DNA from: an uncultured delta proteobacterium | GTDB lineage: Bacteria > Desulfobacterota > Binatia > UBA9968 | Length of the DNA stretch: 64,000 nt | Assembly: GCA_963727625.1 (NCBI GenBank) | Contig: CAVSHR010000004.1 | Location: 480,001-544,000, forward strand | Direction: 5' to 3' | Shown: positions 48,796-58,630 of the stretch, piece by piece | Numbering within the stretch: the first letter of the stretch is position 1 | Layout: each line of letters opens with the position of its first letter | The notes under the pieces: model-generated | The model's database searches: none | What the model was told of the DNA's origin: nothing | The model's input: only the letters and a program-made list of their open reading frames with translations | Translations under genes and position numbers: made by a program

Positions 48796-49866
48796 TTAAA
48801 GCACGTCGACGGCGACCGTGGTGCCGCGTCGCATCCGCTCCGTCTCCTCGCCTTGAAGTTGGCCACAGGCCGCTTGGATGTCGTCGCCGCGCGGGCGGCG
48901 CAGGTTGATCTGCACGCCGGCGTCGCGCAGCGTGGCTTGAAAACGTTCGATCTGCTCGGGGGTGGGCCGCGCAAAACCGCTGCCGGGATGCGGATTGAAG
49001 GGAATCACGTTGATCTTGCTGGGAACCCCGCGAAGCAGCCGGGCAAGCTGGCGCGCCTGCTGTTCCGAATCGTTGATCCCGCCAAGCAAAACATATTCGA
49101 AGGTAATGCGCTGGCGCCGCGGCATCGATAGCGCGCGGCAGCACTCGAGCAGCTCCGCCAGCGGATACTTACGGTTGACCGGCATCAGCGAGCCGCGCAA
49201 TGTATCGTCCGGGGCATGCAGCGAGACCGCTAAATTGACCCGCGTTTCTTCCATGAGTTTTTGGATCTGCGGCACCAATCCCACCGTGGAAAGCGTCACC
49301 CGGCGCGGCGAAATGCCGAGCCCCCAGTCGCCATTGTTGATTATTTCCAGCGCCTTGAGGGTTTGCGAATAATTCGCCAACGGCTCGCCCATGCCCATAA
49401 GCACGATATGGGTGATGCGCTGCTCGCCTGCCAAGGCACGGCTCGCTTCGAGAATCTGGTCAACGATTTCACTGGCGGTCAAATTGCGCGTCAATCCCAA
49501 TGTCGCAGTGGCGCAAAAAGCGCAGCCGAAACCGCAGCCGGCCTGGGTTGAAATGCACAGCGTCAGGCGGCGCGCTTCGGGAATCAGCACGCTCTCGATG
49601 CTCGCGCCGTCGGCCAGACCGAAAAGAAATTTCACCGTGCCGTCGGCCGATTCGGCCCGGCGCAAGGTCTCGAGCCGGCCAATGGTAAAGCTTGCCGCCA
49701 GCTGGTCACGCAATGGGCGCGACAAATTGGTCATCTCGCCAAACTCTGTAGCGCGTTTGTGAAACAGCCACTGACGAATTTGCTTGACGCGAAAGGCGGG
49801 CTGTTTGCATTGGCTCAAAAAGGCCGACAACTCGTTGAAGCTCAGTGCTTTAATGTTGGGCTTCAC
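48796..49866 (-). CDS. rlmN: Dual-specificity RNA methyltransferase RlmN
   Basis: CISTQAGCGFGCAFCAT, MGMGEP, SLHA and RGDDIQAACGQL motifs; start approximate. Confidence 0.95.
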   Translation of the reverse strand: MKPNIKALSFNELSAFLSQCKQPAFRVKQIRQWLFHKRATEFGEMTNLSRPLRDQLAASFTIGRLETLRRAESADGTVKFLFGLADGASIESVLIPEARRLTLCISTQAGCGFGCAFCATATLGLTRNLTASEIVDQILEASRALAGEQRITHIVLMGMGEPLANYSQTLKALEIINNGDWGLGISPRRVTLSTVGLVPQIQKLMEETRVNLAVSLHAPDDTLRGSLMPVNRKYPLAELLECCRALSMPRRQRITFEYVLLGGINDSEQQARQLARLLRGVPSKINVIPFNPHPGSGFARPTPEQIERFQATLRDAGVQINLRRPRGDDIQAACGQLQGEETERMRRGTTVAVDVL

Positions 49867-49906
49867 CGCTAAATCCAACCGCTCGGAGTTGGACGCTACT
49901 GCGAGT

Positions 49907-50326
49907 TTAGAAAATTTCGTCGGGTCTGAAAAAGAATGCAATTTCATTGGCCGCGGTCTCCGGACCGTCCGATCCGTGCACCGCATTTTGTTCGACGTCG
50001 TTGCCCCAGTCTTTACGAATCGTGCCCGGCGCAGCCTTGGCCGGATCGGTGGCGCCCATAATCTCGCGATTTTTCAATATCGCATTTTCGCCGTCGAGCA
50101 CCGAAACGAAGATCGGCCCGGAGGACATGTAGGCGCACAAGCTCGCAAAAAACGGCCGCTCCTTGTGCACCGCATAGAACGATTGGGCTCGCTCAGGGGT
50201 CAATCTTAAAAGCTTCCCGGCGGCGACTTTTAGCCCCCGGGATTCGAATCGGCGGAGGATTTCACCGATTAGATTTCTTCCCACCGCGTCGGGCTTGATG
50301 ATCGACAAGGTTTTCTCTACGCTCAT
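49907..50326 (-). CDS. ndk: Nucleoside diphosphate kinase
   Basis: [18 protein letters not shown] and NAVHGSD motifs. Confidence 0.97.
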   Translation of the reverse strand: MSVEKTLSIIKPDAVGRNLIGEILRRFESRGLKVAAGKLLRLTPERAQSFYAVHKERPFFASLCAYMSSGPIFVSVLDGENAILKNREIMGATDPAKAAPGTIRKDWGNDVEQNAVHGSDGPETAANEIAFFFRPDEIF

Positions 50327-51198
50327 GACTTTGCTAAAGCCTCCTGCATCGTGCGGCCAATGGTCGCCGGCGACGACGCCATGCGAATCCCGGCCCGTTT
50401 CATCGCTTCAATTTTCTCTTTGGCGGTGCCTTTGCCGCCGGAAATGATCGCGCCGGCGTGGCCCATGCGTTTGCCCGGCGGCGCGGTCTGTCCCGCTATG
50501 AAACCCACTACGGGTTTTTTCATATGCGCCTCGATCCAAGCCGCCGCTTCTTCTTCGGCACTGCCACCGATTTCGCCGATCATGACCACGGCCTCAGTAC
50601 CCGCGTCTTGATCGAACATCTTCAACACGTCGATAAATTCGAAGCCATGCACCGGGTCACCGCCGATGCCGACGCAGGTCGATTGTCCCATGCCCAAGCG
50701 CGTCAGTTGATCCACCGCTTCGTAAGTCAAAGTCCCGCTACGCGATACCACGCCGATGGTTCCTGGTTTGTGAATATGCCCGGGCATGATGCCGATCTTG
50801 CATTCGCCCGGGGTAATCGTGCCAGGGCAATTCGGGCCCAGCAGTTCCGACTTCCGGCCGGCGAGGTAGCGTTTTACTTTGACCATGTCGCGTACCGGCA
50901 CGCCCTCGGTGATACAAATGATTAAGGGGATATCTGCGTCGGCCGCTTCAAGGATCGCGTCCGCAGCAAACGGCGGCGGCACATAAATAACCGTCGCGTT
51001 CGCTTCGGTCTCCTTAACCGCTCGCTGCACCGTGTCGAAAATCGGGATGCCCTCATAGCGCATGCCGCCTTTGCCCGGCGTCACGCCGCCGACCATCTGA
51101 GTGCCGTATTCTCTACACGCCTTAGTGTGGAACTGTCCGGTCGCGCCGGTGATCCCCTGGGTCAAGACTCGCGTTTGCTTGTTCACTAGAATCGACAT
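50323..51198 (-). CDS. sucD: Succinyl-CoA synthetase alpha subunit
   Basis: [21 protein letters not shown] and MGHAGA motifs. Confidence 0.97.
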   Translation of the reverse strand: MSILVNKQTRVLTQGITGATGQFHTKACREYGTQMVGGVTPGKGGMRYEGIPIFDTVQRAVKETEANATVIYVPPPFAADAILEAADADIPLIICITEGVPVRDMVKVKRYLAGRKSELLGPNCPGTITPGECKIGIMPGHIHKPGTIGVVSRSGTLTYEAVDQLTRLGMGQSTCVGIGGDPVHGFEFIDVLKMFDQDAGTEAVVMIGEIGGSAEEEAAAWIEAHMKKPVVGFIAGQTAPPGKRMGHAGAIISGGKGTAKEKIEAMKRAGIRMASSPATIGRTMQEALAKS

Positions 51199-51205
51199 CG
51201 TTTTA

Positions 51206-51313
51206 TTCAGGATTTCGGATCTTGGTCATTCGCTTCCCGAAAATAGAAAGACCTGTCATACAACGAAGCAACGTGACTTCCCGAATTCAAAATCGCAAAT
51301 CCAAGATCTAAAA
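51206..51313. repeat. Intergenic inverted 7-nt unit repeats between sucC and sucD
   Basis: ttcaggatttcggatcttgg ... aattcaaaatcgcaaatccaagatctaaa. Confidence 0.55.
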
Positions 51314-52474
51314 TTACTTTACCGCTTGCACGATCTTTTCCGCCGCTTCAGCCATGGTCTCCGCGGCAATAATCGCCAAGTCCGATTCGGCGAGGATTTG
51401 TTTGCCGATTTCGACGTTGGTGCCCTGCATTCTGACCACCAGCGGAACCGTGATGTTGAGCTCGCGCGCCGCCTCGACGACGCCTTGAGCCAAAACATCG
51501 CAGCGCATAATGCCGCCGAATATGTTGATCAGCACGCCGCGTACCCGCGGGTCGGCAAGGAGAATACGAAACGCTTGGGCCACTTTTTCTTTGTCGGCGC
51601 CACCGCCGACGTCGAGGAAATTGGCGGGCTCGCCGCCGTACAGCTTGATGATATCCATGGTCGCCATTGCCAGACCGGCGCCGTTGACCATGCAGGCGAT
51701 ATTGCCGTCAAGCGAGATATAGGAGAGATCGTATTTGCTCGCTTCGACTTCGCGCGGATCTTCTTCGTGCAGATCGCGCAACGCCAGGATTTCCTTTTGC
51801 CTGAAGAAAGCGTTGCTGTCGAAATTCATCTTGGCGTCGAGGGCCATGACCCGACCTTCCTTGGTGATGATCAGCGGATTGATTTCCGCAAGTGACGCGT
51901 CGCACTGTTCAAACGCGTCGTAAAGCCCCTGCATAACGACGGTCATCTTGCCGGCCGCTTCCAGGGGAACACCCAACGCGTAGGCCAGGCGCCGGCATTG
52001 AAAACCCGCCAAGCCGATCACCGGATCGACGGTTTCTCTGAGTATTTTTTCCGGATGATTCGCAGCGACTTCTTCGATCTCGACGCCGCCCTCCGAAGAG
52101 CAGATGACACCGACACGCGACTGCGCCCGATCGAGCACCATGGCCAGGTAAAGCTCGCGCTCTATATTGAGTCCCTGTTCGATCAGAACCCGACGAACTT
52201 CTCTTCCCTCCGGTCCGGTCTGATGGGTGACCAGCTTCTTGCCGAGCATTTCGCGCGCTTTGGCGGCCGCTTCCTCTGCGCTTTTGACGACCTTGACGCC
52301 ACCGCCCTTGCCCCGACCGCCGGCGTGAATCTGCGCTTTAACCACGCATACGCCCCCGCCGAGCTTCGCCGCGGCTATTTTGGCTTCGTCAGGAGTCGAA
52401 GCGATAAGACCGCGCGGCACGGGTACGCCGAAACGCTTGAGTATTTCCTTGGCTTGGAATTCGTGAATGTTCAT
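51314..52474 (-). CDS. sucC: Succinyl-CoA synthetase beta subunit
   Basis: [35 protein letters not shown] and [10 protein letters not shown] motifs. Confidence 0.97.
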   Translation of the reverse strand: MNIHEFQAKEILKRFGVPVPRGLIASTPDEAKIAAAKLGGGVCVVKAQIHAGGRGKGGGVKVVKSAEEAAAKAREMLGKKLVTHQTGPEGREVRRVLIEQGLNIERELYLAMVLDRAQSRVGVICSSEGGVEIEEVAANHPEKILRETVDPVIGLAGFQCRRLAYALGVPLEAAGKMTVVMQGLYDAFEQCDASLAEINPLIITKEGRVMALDAKMNFDSNAFFRQKEILALRDLHEEDPREVEASKYDLSYISLDGNIACMVNGAGLAMATMDIIKLYGGEPANFLDVGGGADKEKVAQAFRILLADPRVRGVLINIFGGIMRCDVLAQGVVEAARELNITVPLVVRMQGTNVEIGKQILAESDLAIIAAETMAEAAEKIVQAVK

Positions 52475-52488
52475 CGATCTAAGGCCAT

Positions 52489-52533
52489 CAAAAAATGAGA
52501 CCCTAAACTAAGCGAATGGTCTCAGGGTCTCAT
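52489..52533 (-). terminator. Terminator-like hairpin between mdh and sucC
   Basis: ATGAGACCCT...AGGGTCTCAT followed by a T run on the minus strand. Confidence 0.55.
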
Positions 52534-52552
52534 CGATCGAACTTTTGCTCGA

Positions 52553-53497
52553 CTAGGCGACGCCCAAGACGCGGTTCATCGCCTGTACGATATTTTTAAC
52601 GTGATTGAGCGATTCATCGAAGGCCTTCTTGTCCGCGGCATTGAGATTGATGTCGATGACCTTCTCAACCCCGCCGGCACCGATCAAGACCGGCACGCAA
52701 AAATAAAAACCGCTTACGCCGTACTCCCCTTCAAGCAGGGCGGCACAAGGCAGAATCTCCTTCTTGTCGAAAAGATAAGCCTCGGTCATTTGAATGGCTG
52801 CAGACGCAGGTGAAAAATAGGCCGAGCCGGTCTTCAAGAGCGCAACGACTTCGCCGCCGGCGTTGCGTACGCGCGCTTCGATTTCTTCCAGCCGTTTCGA
52901 CGGGATCAACTTCTCGACGGGCACGCCGCCGGCGAGGCAGGAGCTGCGCACCGGGACCATATCGTCGCCGTGTCCACCCAACACCATCGCCTGCACACTC
53001 TTAACCGAAACCTTGAGCTCTTTCGCAATGAAGGAACGATAACGCGAAGAATCGAGAATTCCCGATTGACCCACGACGCGGTTTTTCGGAAAGCCGAGAG
53101 CGCGCTGCAACAAGGTGACCATCGCATCGAGCGGATTCGTTATAACGATCACGAACGAGTTGGGCGCATGTTTCTTGATCCCGTCCGCAACCGAAGTAAG
53201 GATCTTGGCGTTGGTGCCGAGCAAGTCGTCACGGCTCATACCCGGCTTACGCGCGATTCCCGCGGTAACGATGCAAACATCGGCGCCCTCGATGTCTTCG
53301 TATTGGTTGGTGCCAATCACGTTGCCGTCAAAACCCTCCACTGGTCCGGCGTGAGAAAGGTCGAGCGCTTTGCCCTGCGGCAAGCCCTCGACCACATCAA
53401 ACAACACCACATCTCCGAGCCCCTTTAAAAGCGCCAGATGGGCCATCGACCCGCCAATGTTGCCCGCGCCAATTAATGCAATTTTCTTCCTTGCCAT
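52553..53497 (-). CDS. mdh: Malate dehydrogenase (LDH-like)
   Basis: [26 protein letters not shown] and GSAY motifs. Confidence 0.96.
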   Translation of the reverse strand: MARKKIALIGAGNIGGSMAHLALLKGLGDVVLFDVVEGLPQGKALDLSHAGPVEGFDGNVIGTNQYEDIEGADVCIVTAGIARKPGMSRDDLLGTNAKILTSVADGIKKHAPNSFVIVITNPLDAMVTLLQRALGFPKNRVVGQSGILDSSRYRSFIAKELKVSVKSVQAMVLGGHGDDMVPVRSSCLAGGVPVEKLIPSKRLEEIEARVRNAGGEVVALLKTGSAYFSPASAAIQMTEAYLFDKKEILPCAALLEGEYGVSGFYFCVPVLIGAGGVEKVIDINLNAADKKAFDESLNHVKNIVQAMNRVLGVA

Positions 53498-53554
53498 AAA
53501 TTCCTCTGATCTGAATAGTCTAACATTTAACGCACCGATGACGCCGTGCCGAAT

Positions 53555-54961
53555 TTACATATTCGCGATAATCGCATCGCCAAACCCCGAGCAACTGACC
53601 AGCGTCGCGCCCGGCATTAGCCGCTCGAAATCGTACGTCACTGTCTTGGCATTGACCGCGCCTTCGATGCCCTTGATGATAAGATCCGCCGCTTCAGACC
53701 ATCCCATGTACCGCAGCATCATCTCCCCGGAGAGAATCACCGATCCGGGATTGACTTTATCGAGATCGGCGTATTTGGGCGCCGTGCCGTGGGTGGCCTC
53801 GAAGACCGCGTGGCCGCTGTTATAATTGATATTGGCGCCCGGCGCGATGCCGATGCCACCGACCTGCGCCGCCAGTGCGTCGGAGAGATAATCACCGTTC
53901 AAGTTCATCGTCGCGATCACGTCGTAGTCCCTCGGCCGAATGAGTGAGAACTGAAAAGTAACGTCGGCGATCGAATCTTTTATCAGCAGTTTTTTCTTCC
54001 ACTTGCCGTCGCCATGGGTCGGCCAGAGCTTGAGCGCCTCTTCGACTTCCTTTTTGATGTCATTCTGCTGGTCCCGCGACATCATGTCGAAGCCGGGGTC
54101 GATCGCTTTGGCGTTATCCTCAACGCTGATCTTGGGATTGGCTTCTTTATTGCCCAAGATCCACGACTCGCGTTCACTGACGGTCTCGTTGCGAAACTCA
54201 CGCTTGGCCAGGGCGTAACCCCAATCCTTGAACGCGCCCTCGGTGTACTTCATGATGTTGCCTTTGTGCACGAGGTTGATGTTCTTGCGCTTATTCGCCA
54301 GCGACCATTGAATCGCCGCGCGCACCAATCGCTCTGTGCCCTCAACGGAAACCGGCTTGAGCGCGATCCCCGCCGTATCGGGAAAGCGAATCTTCGCATA
54401 TTCTTTGGGAAAGTTTTCTTTGAGAAAGGACTTGAACTTCTTGTTCTCTTCGGTCCCGTTGATGAACTCGATGCCCGTATAAATATCTTCGGTATTCTCT
54501 CGAAAGATCACCATGTCCACGTATTCCGGATGCTTGACCGGGGACGGCACACCGTTGAAATAGCGCACCGGACGCAGGCAAACGTAGAGGTCGAGCAAGA
54601 TACGGAGTGAAACGTTCAATGAGCGAAAGCCGCCGCCGATCGGAGTCGTGAGCGGGCCCTTGATGCCCACAAGGAATTCGGTAAACGCCTGGACGGTTTC
54701 GTCTGGCAGCCAATTCTTGAACTGCCTGAATGACTTCTCGCCGGCGTAGATTTCCATCCAGTGAATTTTCTTTTTGCCCTTGTAGGCCTTTTCCACAGCC
54801 GCGTCGAACACGCGAACCGACGCGCGCCAAATGTCGCGGCCGGTACCGTCGCCTTCGATGAATGGGATGATCGGATTATCGGGAACCTGAAGTTGCTTGT
54901 TGGCTCCCATGGTGATCTTGGCGCCATCCTTCGGGACTTTTACCACTTTGTACTCTGCCAT
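53555..54961 (-). CDS. icd: NADP-dependent isocitrate dehydrogenase
   Basis: [45 protein letters not shown] and [10 protein letters not shown] motifs. Confidence 0.97.
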   Translation of the reverse strand: MAEYKVVKVPKDGAKITMGANKQLQVPDNPIIPFIEGDGTGRDIWRASVRVFDAAVEKAYKGKKKIHWMEIYAGEKSFRQFKNWLPDETVQAFTEFLVGIKGPLTTPIGGGFRSLNVSLRILLDLYVCLRPVRYFNGVPSPVKHPEYVDMVIFRENTEDIYTGIEFINGTEENKKFKSFLKENFPKEYAKIRFPDTAGIALKPVSVEGTERLVRAAIQWSLANKRKNINLVHKGNIMKYTEGAFKDWGYALAKREFRNETVSERESWILGNKEANPKISVEDNAKAIDPGFDMMSRDQQNDIKKEVEEALKLWPTHGDGKWKKKLLIKDSIADVTFQFSLIRPRDYDVIATMNLNGDYLSDALAAQVGGIGIAPGANINYNSGHAVFEATHGTAPKYADLDKVNPGSVILSGEMMLRYMGWSEAADLIIKGIEGAVNAKTVTYDFERLMPGATLVSCSGFGDAIIANM

Positions 54962-54976
54962 GTTCTCCTCATGTGC

Positions 54977-55025
54977 AAAAAAAGCCTAAGGATGTCCGCG
55001 AATCGTCTCGCTCCTTAGGCTATTT
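54977..55025. terminator. Terminator-like hairpin upstream of icd
   Basis: AAAAAA-AGCCTAAGGA...TCCTTAGGCT-ATTT. Confidence 0.55.
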
Positions 55026-55090
55026 GCTAAAAAGTAGATTTGGAACTGATCGAAATTAGCTGATTACCCATAGCGAGTCAAGGCGACTCA

Positions 55091-55765
55091 CTAGTCGTTT
55101 TTCTTCTGCTCTAACCATTTTTCCAGGTAACGTCCGGCGACCTCGCGACCGCCTAGGCCGAATGCCAGCGCGAGTGCGAAACAGAGCGCGCCAAAGACCA
55201 GGATAAACGCCCAAATGACGATTTCAGAGGCAATATCGAGGATTTCAAATATCCCGGCTACGACAAAGATCGTCGTGCCGAAATAAGCGGCACGGCCAAT
55301 CGCGCCCGCTTGTGCCAGGCCGGCGTTGGCGCAGGATGTGCGCGTCACCGTCTCCAAAAAATTCGCGAAATAGAGACCGAGAATCAGCGTGACCAGAGCC
55401 GCGACGATTTTTGGAATATAGAGATAAATCGTATGCAAGGTGTCCGTCGCGCCGCTCAGGTTGAGCGTTTCCAGCGTGGTCACGATGGCAATCAAAAAAA
55501 GAAACCAAAAGGTCAGCAGGCCGAGAATATCCGACGCCGACTGCTTGATCCCGCCGCGCTCGAGAATTTGATTGATACCGGCGCGCTCGGCCAGGGCATC
55601 GAATTGGCACAGCTTCAACAGGCGCACCACGATTCTTTTGATGACGTTACAAATGACCCAACCGAGCACGATGATCGCCGCCGAAATAAACAAATTCGGC
55701 AGAAACACCGCGATTTTGGTAACGAACGCATCCCAGAATCCGGTAACCGTAACGATGGGATTCAT
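55091..55765 (-). CDS. TM-helix-repeat membrane protein (CmpX/MscS N-terminal-like)
   Basis: FLPNL..AAII..LGW, YIPKIVAAL and LALAFGLGGREVA motifs. Confidence 0.8.
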   Translation of the reverse strand: MNPIVTVTGFWDAFVTKIAVFLPNLFISAAIIVLGWVICNVIKRIVVRLLKLCQFDALAERAGINQILERGGIKQSASDILGLLTFWFLFLIAIVTTLETLNLSGATDTLHTIYLYIPKIVAALVTLILGLYFANFLETVTRTSCANAGLAQAGAIGRAAYFGTTIFVVAGIFEILDIASEIVIWAFILVFGALCFALALAFGLGGREVAGRYLEKWLEQKKND

Positions 55766-55870
55766 CTATTCCTCCTTCGGATCCGCGCGTGAACTGTTAT
55801 CTAATTAAATAGGGGACTCGCGCCAATAATGTCAATCGATGGCGCTAATTAAACATAAATTCCGGCACAC

Positions 55871-55899
55871 TTGAATCAACGAGGTGCGCCCTCTATATT
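55871..55899 (+). promoter_or_regulatory. Putative sigma70 promoter of the ccm operon
   Basis: TTGAAT-17 nt-TATATT. Confidence 0.5.
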
Positions 55900-55953
55900 C
55901 GATGAATTCAATTCTGCGGCATTGCCGTCCGTTGGTTTGATTGGGCTCAAACA

Positions 55954-56661
55954 TTGCGTGTAACCGTCGATAAACTAGCCAAGGCCTTTGGCTTCCTTTG
56001 GGCGCTCAAAGATCTCGATCTCGATCTGGCACCCGGCGAAGCCGTCGCTCTTTTGGGCCCCAACGGCGCCGGCAAAACCACTCTGTTAAGGCTGCTCGCC
56101 GGCCTCAACGCGCCGACGCGCGGCTCCATACGTTTTGACGGCGCAATTTTTTCGCCCAACCTGCCCGAACTACGCGCGCGCATCGGCTTGCTCGCACCCG
56201 CCGATCATCTCTATGAAAACTTGACCCTCCAAGAGAATCTGCGTTTTTTCACCCGCCTCTATGGTCGAAATCCTAGCGCAAGCGCAATCGCCGCGGTTTT
56301 GGAGCAAGTCAACCTGGCGCACCGTGCGGGCGAATTCGTCGCCAATCTATCGAGCGGCATGAAATGCCGGCTCTCCCTCGCCAAGTGGCAGTTGCTCGAA
56401 CCCGAGCTTTTATTGCTTGACGAACCCTACGGAGTTCTGGACGGCAACGGAGTCGACCTATTGGAACATTTTCTCCGCCGGCAATGCGCCAAAGGCAGCG
56501 TCGTGATGATCGCCTCGCACCATGTGTCCCGTGTGCTGCCGCTCTGCAGCCGCGCGGTGATCTTGAGTCAGGGACGCCTGACCTTTAACCAGACGAAGCA
56601 ACACCCATGGCCGGCTTTTGACGAGGCCTTCGGCGAGTTTCTTCCCGAGGGCGGCTCATGA
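55954..56661 (+). CDS. ccmA: Heme exporter ATP-binding protein
   Basis: GPNGAGKT, LSSGM and LLLLDEP motifs; first gene of the ccm cluster. Confidence 0.9.
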   Translation: MRVTVDKLAKAFGFLWALKDLDLDLAPGEAVALLGPNGAGKTTLLRLLAGLNAPTRGSIRFDGAIFSPNLPELRARIGLLAPADHLYENLTLQENLRFFTRLYGRNPSASAIAAVLEQVNLAHRAGEFVANLSSGMKCRLSLAKWQLLEPELLLLDEPYGVLDGNGVDLLEHFLRRQCAKGSVVMIASHHVSRVLPLCSRAVILSQGRLTFNQTKQHPWPAFDEAFGEFLPEGGS

Positions 56662-57335
56662 CTTTGGTGATGCAAGCTTGCTTGCTGCTGCGGAAAGATC
56701 TGCTCTTGGAGCTGCGTCGCCGGGACAGCCTTCTGACCATGTTTTTCTTCGGCACGCTATTGCTTTTTGTTTTCCACTTCTCCTTCGACCTGGCGCCCGA
56801 TCGAATCATCGGCATGGCTCCGGCCATGCTCTGGCTGGCGTTTCTGTTCACCGGCACCTTGGGACTGGCGCAAATGTTTCAGTCGGAGCGCGAGAATCAT
56901 TGTCTGGATGCTCTCTTGCTATCCCCCCTGGACCGCGGCGCGCTCTTTCTCGCCAAAACCGTGTTCAATCTCATATTGATGAGTCTGGTCGAACTCGTCG
57001 TGATTCCGCTTTTTTGGATTTTATTCAATTTGCCCGCATGGAATTTGCTACCGCAGGTTTTTCTCGTTACCTTATTAGGTACCATCGGTTTTTGTGTTTT
57101 AGGTACGCTCATGTCAGCGATCACGTTGAGGGCGCGCGCGCGCGAGCTGTTGCTACCGCTGGTGCTCTTCCCGTTGATGATTCCGGTTATCCTGGCGACG
57201 ATTCGCTGCTTGGAGGAAGTGCTGGGTACCGGCCAGTCTGGCGACGCCGCTCCTTGGCTGCGGTTGCTGATTAGCTATGATGTCATCTTTTCGACCGCGG
57301 GAGTGCTGATTTTCGACTGGGTGATAGAGAGCTGA
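56658..57335 (+). CDS. ccmB: Heme exporter protein B
   Basis: KDLLLELR, F..ERE...LDALLL and ELLLPLVLFPLMIP motifs. Confidence 0.92.
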   Translation: MTLVMQACLLLRKDLLLELRRRDSLLTMFFFGTLLLFVFHFSFDLAPDRIIGMAPAMLWLAFLFTGTLGLAQMFQSERENHCLDALLLSPLDRGALFLAKTVFNLILMSLVELVVIPLFWILFNLPAWNLLPQVFLVTLLGTIGFCVLGTLMSAITLRARARELLLPLVLFPLMIPVILATIRCLEEVLGTGQSGDAAPWLRLLISYDVIFSTAGVLIFDWVIES

Positions 57336-57337
57336 AT

Positions 57338-58045
57338 ATGGCCGAACGACTGCAACCGCTAAGACGTAGAAAAGGCATTCTTGGAGGACTGGCGCTGGTG
57401 GCCGTCGGGGTCGGTCTCTATTGGGCGCTGATCGTCGCGCCGCCGGACGCCTATCAAGGCGAGGTGCAGCGCATCATGTATCTCCATCTGCCGAGCATTT
57501 TGATCGCCTACCTCTCGTATTTTCTGGTGTTCGTCGGCAGCGGACTGTATTTGTGGAAGCGCGAAAAGCGCGACGACCTGCTAGCCCATGCCGCGGCGGA
57601 AATCGGCGTGCTGTTTACCGCGCTCACCATCGCCGAAGGATCGATCTGGGGCCGGCCCACCTGGGGCGTGTGGTGGACTTGGGACGCGCGCTTAACCTTG
57701 ACCGCGATCTTGTTGTTAATTTACACGGGCTATCTGATGTTACGCTCATTGATTGAAGACGAAAGTCGCGCCGCCAGCGCGGCCGCCGTGCTGGGCATCA
57801 TCGGCTTTCTCGATATTCCGTTAATACACATGTCGGTTTACTGGTGGCGCACCCTGCACCAGCCGCCGTCGATTTTGCGGCCCGATAAGGCTCCCTGGGA
57901 AAATGTCGATCCGAGCATGCTGACCGCGTTAGCGATCAGCTTCGTCGGCTTTCTGCTGCTTTATTTTTATCTGATGTCGCTGCGCTACCGGGTCGGCGAG
58001 ATGCGCGAAGAAATCAAGGCGCGGCGCTTGGCGCGAGGTGAATGA
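57338..58045 (+). CDS. ccmC: Heme exporter protein C
   Basis: RIMYLHLP, GSIWGRPTWGVWWTWDARLT (WWD) and WRTLHQ motifs. Confidence 0.95.
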   Translation: MAERLQPLRRRKGILGGLALVAVGVGLYWALIVAPPDAYQGEVQRIMYLHLPSILIAYLSYFLVFVGSGLYLWKREKRDDLLAHAAAEIGVLFTALTIAEGSIWGRPTWGVWWTWDARLTLTAILLLIYTGYLMLRSLIEDESRAASAAAVLGIIGFLDIPLIHMSVYWWRTLHQPPSILRPDKAPWENVDPSMLTALAISFVGFLLLYFYLMSLRYRVGEMREEIKARRLARGE

Positions 58046-58200
58046 TGGGGCCCTGGGGCTTTGTATCCCTAGCTTACGGAATTGTTTGGGGTGTGATCCT
58101 GGTGTATTTGTATAATTTGAAGCGGCGCTACAATCGCGCGGCTGCCGAACTACAAGAGTTGGAATCGACGGAGGCCAATGCTGGCAATGCGAAGAAATAG
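58045..58200 (+). CDS. ccmD: Heme exporter protein D (51 aa, absent from the ORF track)
   Basis: Manual translation gives MGPWGFVSLAYGIVWGVILVYLYNLKRRYNRAAAELQELESTEANAGNAKK, lying between ccmC and ccmE. Confidence 0.85.
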   Translation: MGPWGFVSLAYGIVWGVILVYLYNLKRRYNRAAAELQELESTEANAGNAKK

Positions 58201-58630
58201 GCGTTTATTGATTGGCGGCGTCATCATCTTAGCGGCGATCTCTTATTTGGTTGTAGGCGGCATGAAGGAAGCCCTGGTGTACTTTAAAATGCCCTCGGAA
58301 CTACGTGCGGAAGAGTCCGCGATGAAAGGCAAATTCGTGCGCATGGGCGGGATGGTGGTCAAAGGCTCGCTGCAAAAGGATTTAAGGACTCTTACCTATC
58401 GTTTCGATCTCAGCGACGGTAAAACCACATTTCCAGTATTCTTCAAAGGCGTGCCACCGGATCTTTTTACCGAAGGCAAAGGCGCGGTGGTCGAAGGACG
58501 AATCGGTTCCGACGGCGTGTTTCAAGCATCGACCATCATGGCCAAGCACGCCGAGGAATATAGTCCCCACCCCGACGGCGAGCCGCCAACAAAAAGTTTC
58601 GTTCCGGCCAAGGAAGCCGCCGCCAAGTGA
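58178..58630 (+). CDS. ccmE: Heme chaperone CcmE
   Basis: RMGGMV..GS, PDLFTEG and AKHAEEY (HxxxY) motifs. Confidence 0.95.
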   Translation: MLAMRRNRRLLIGGVIILAAISYLVVGGMKEALVYFKMPSELRAEESAMKGKFVRMGGMVVKGSLQKDLRTLTYRFDLSDGKTTFPVFFKGVPPDLFTEGKGAVVEGRIGSDGVFQASTIMAKHAEEYSPHPDGEPPTKSFVPAKEAAAK

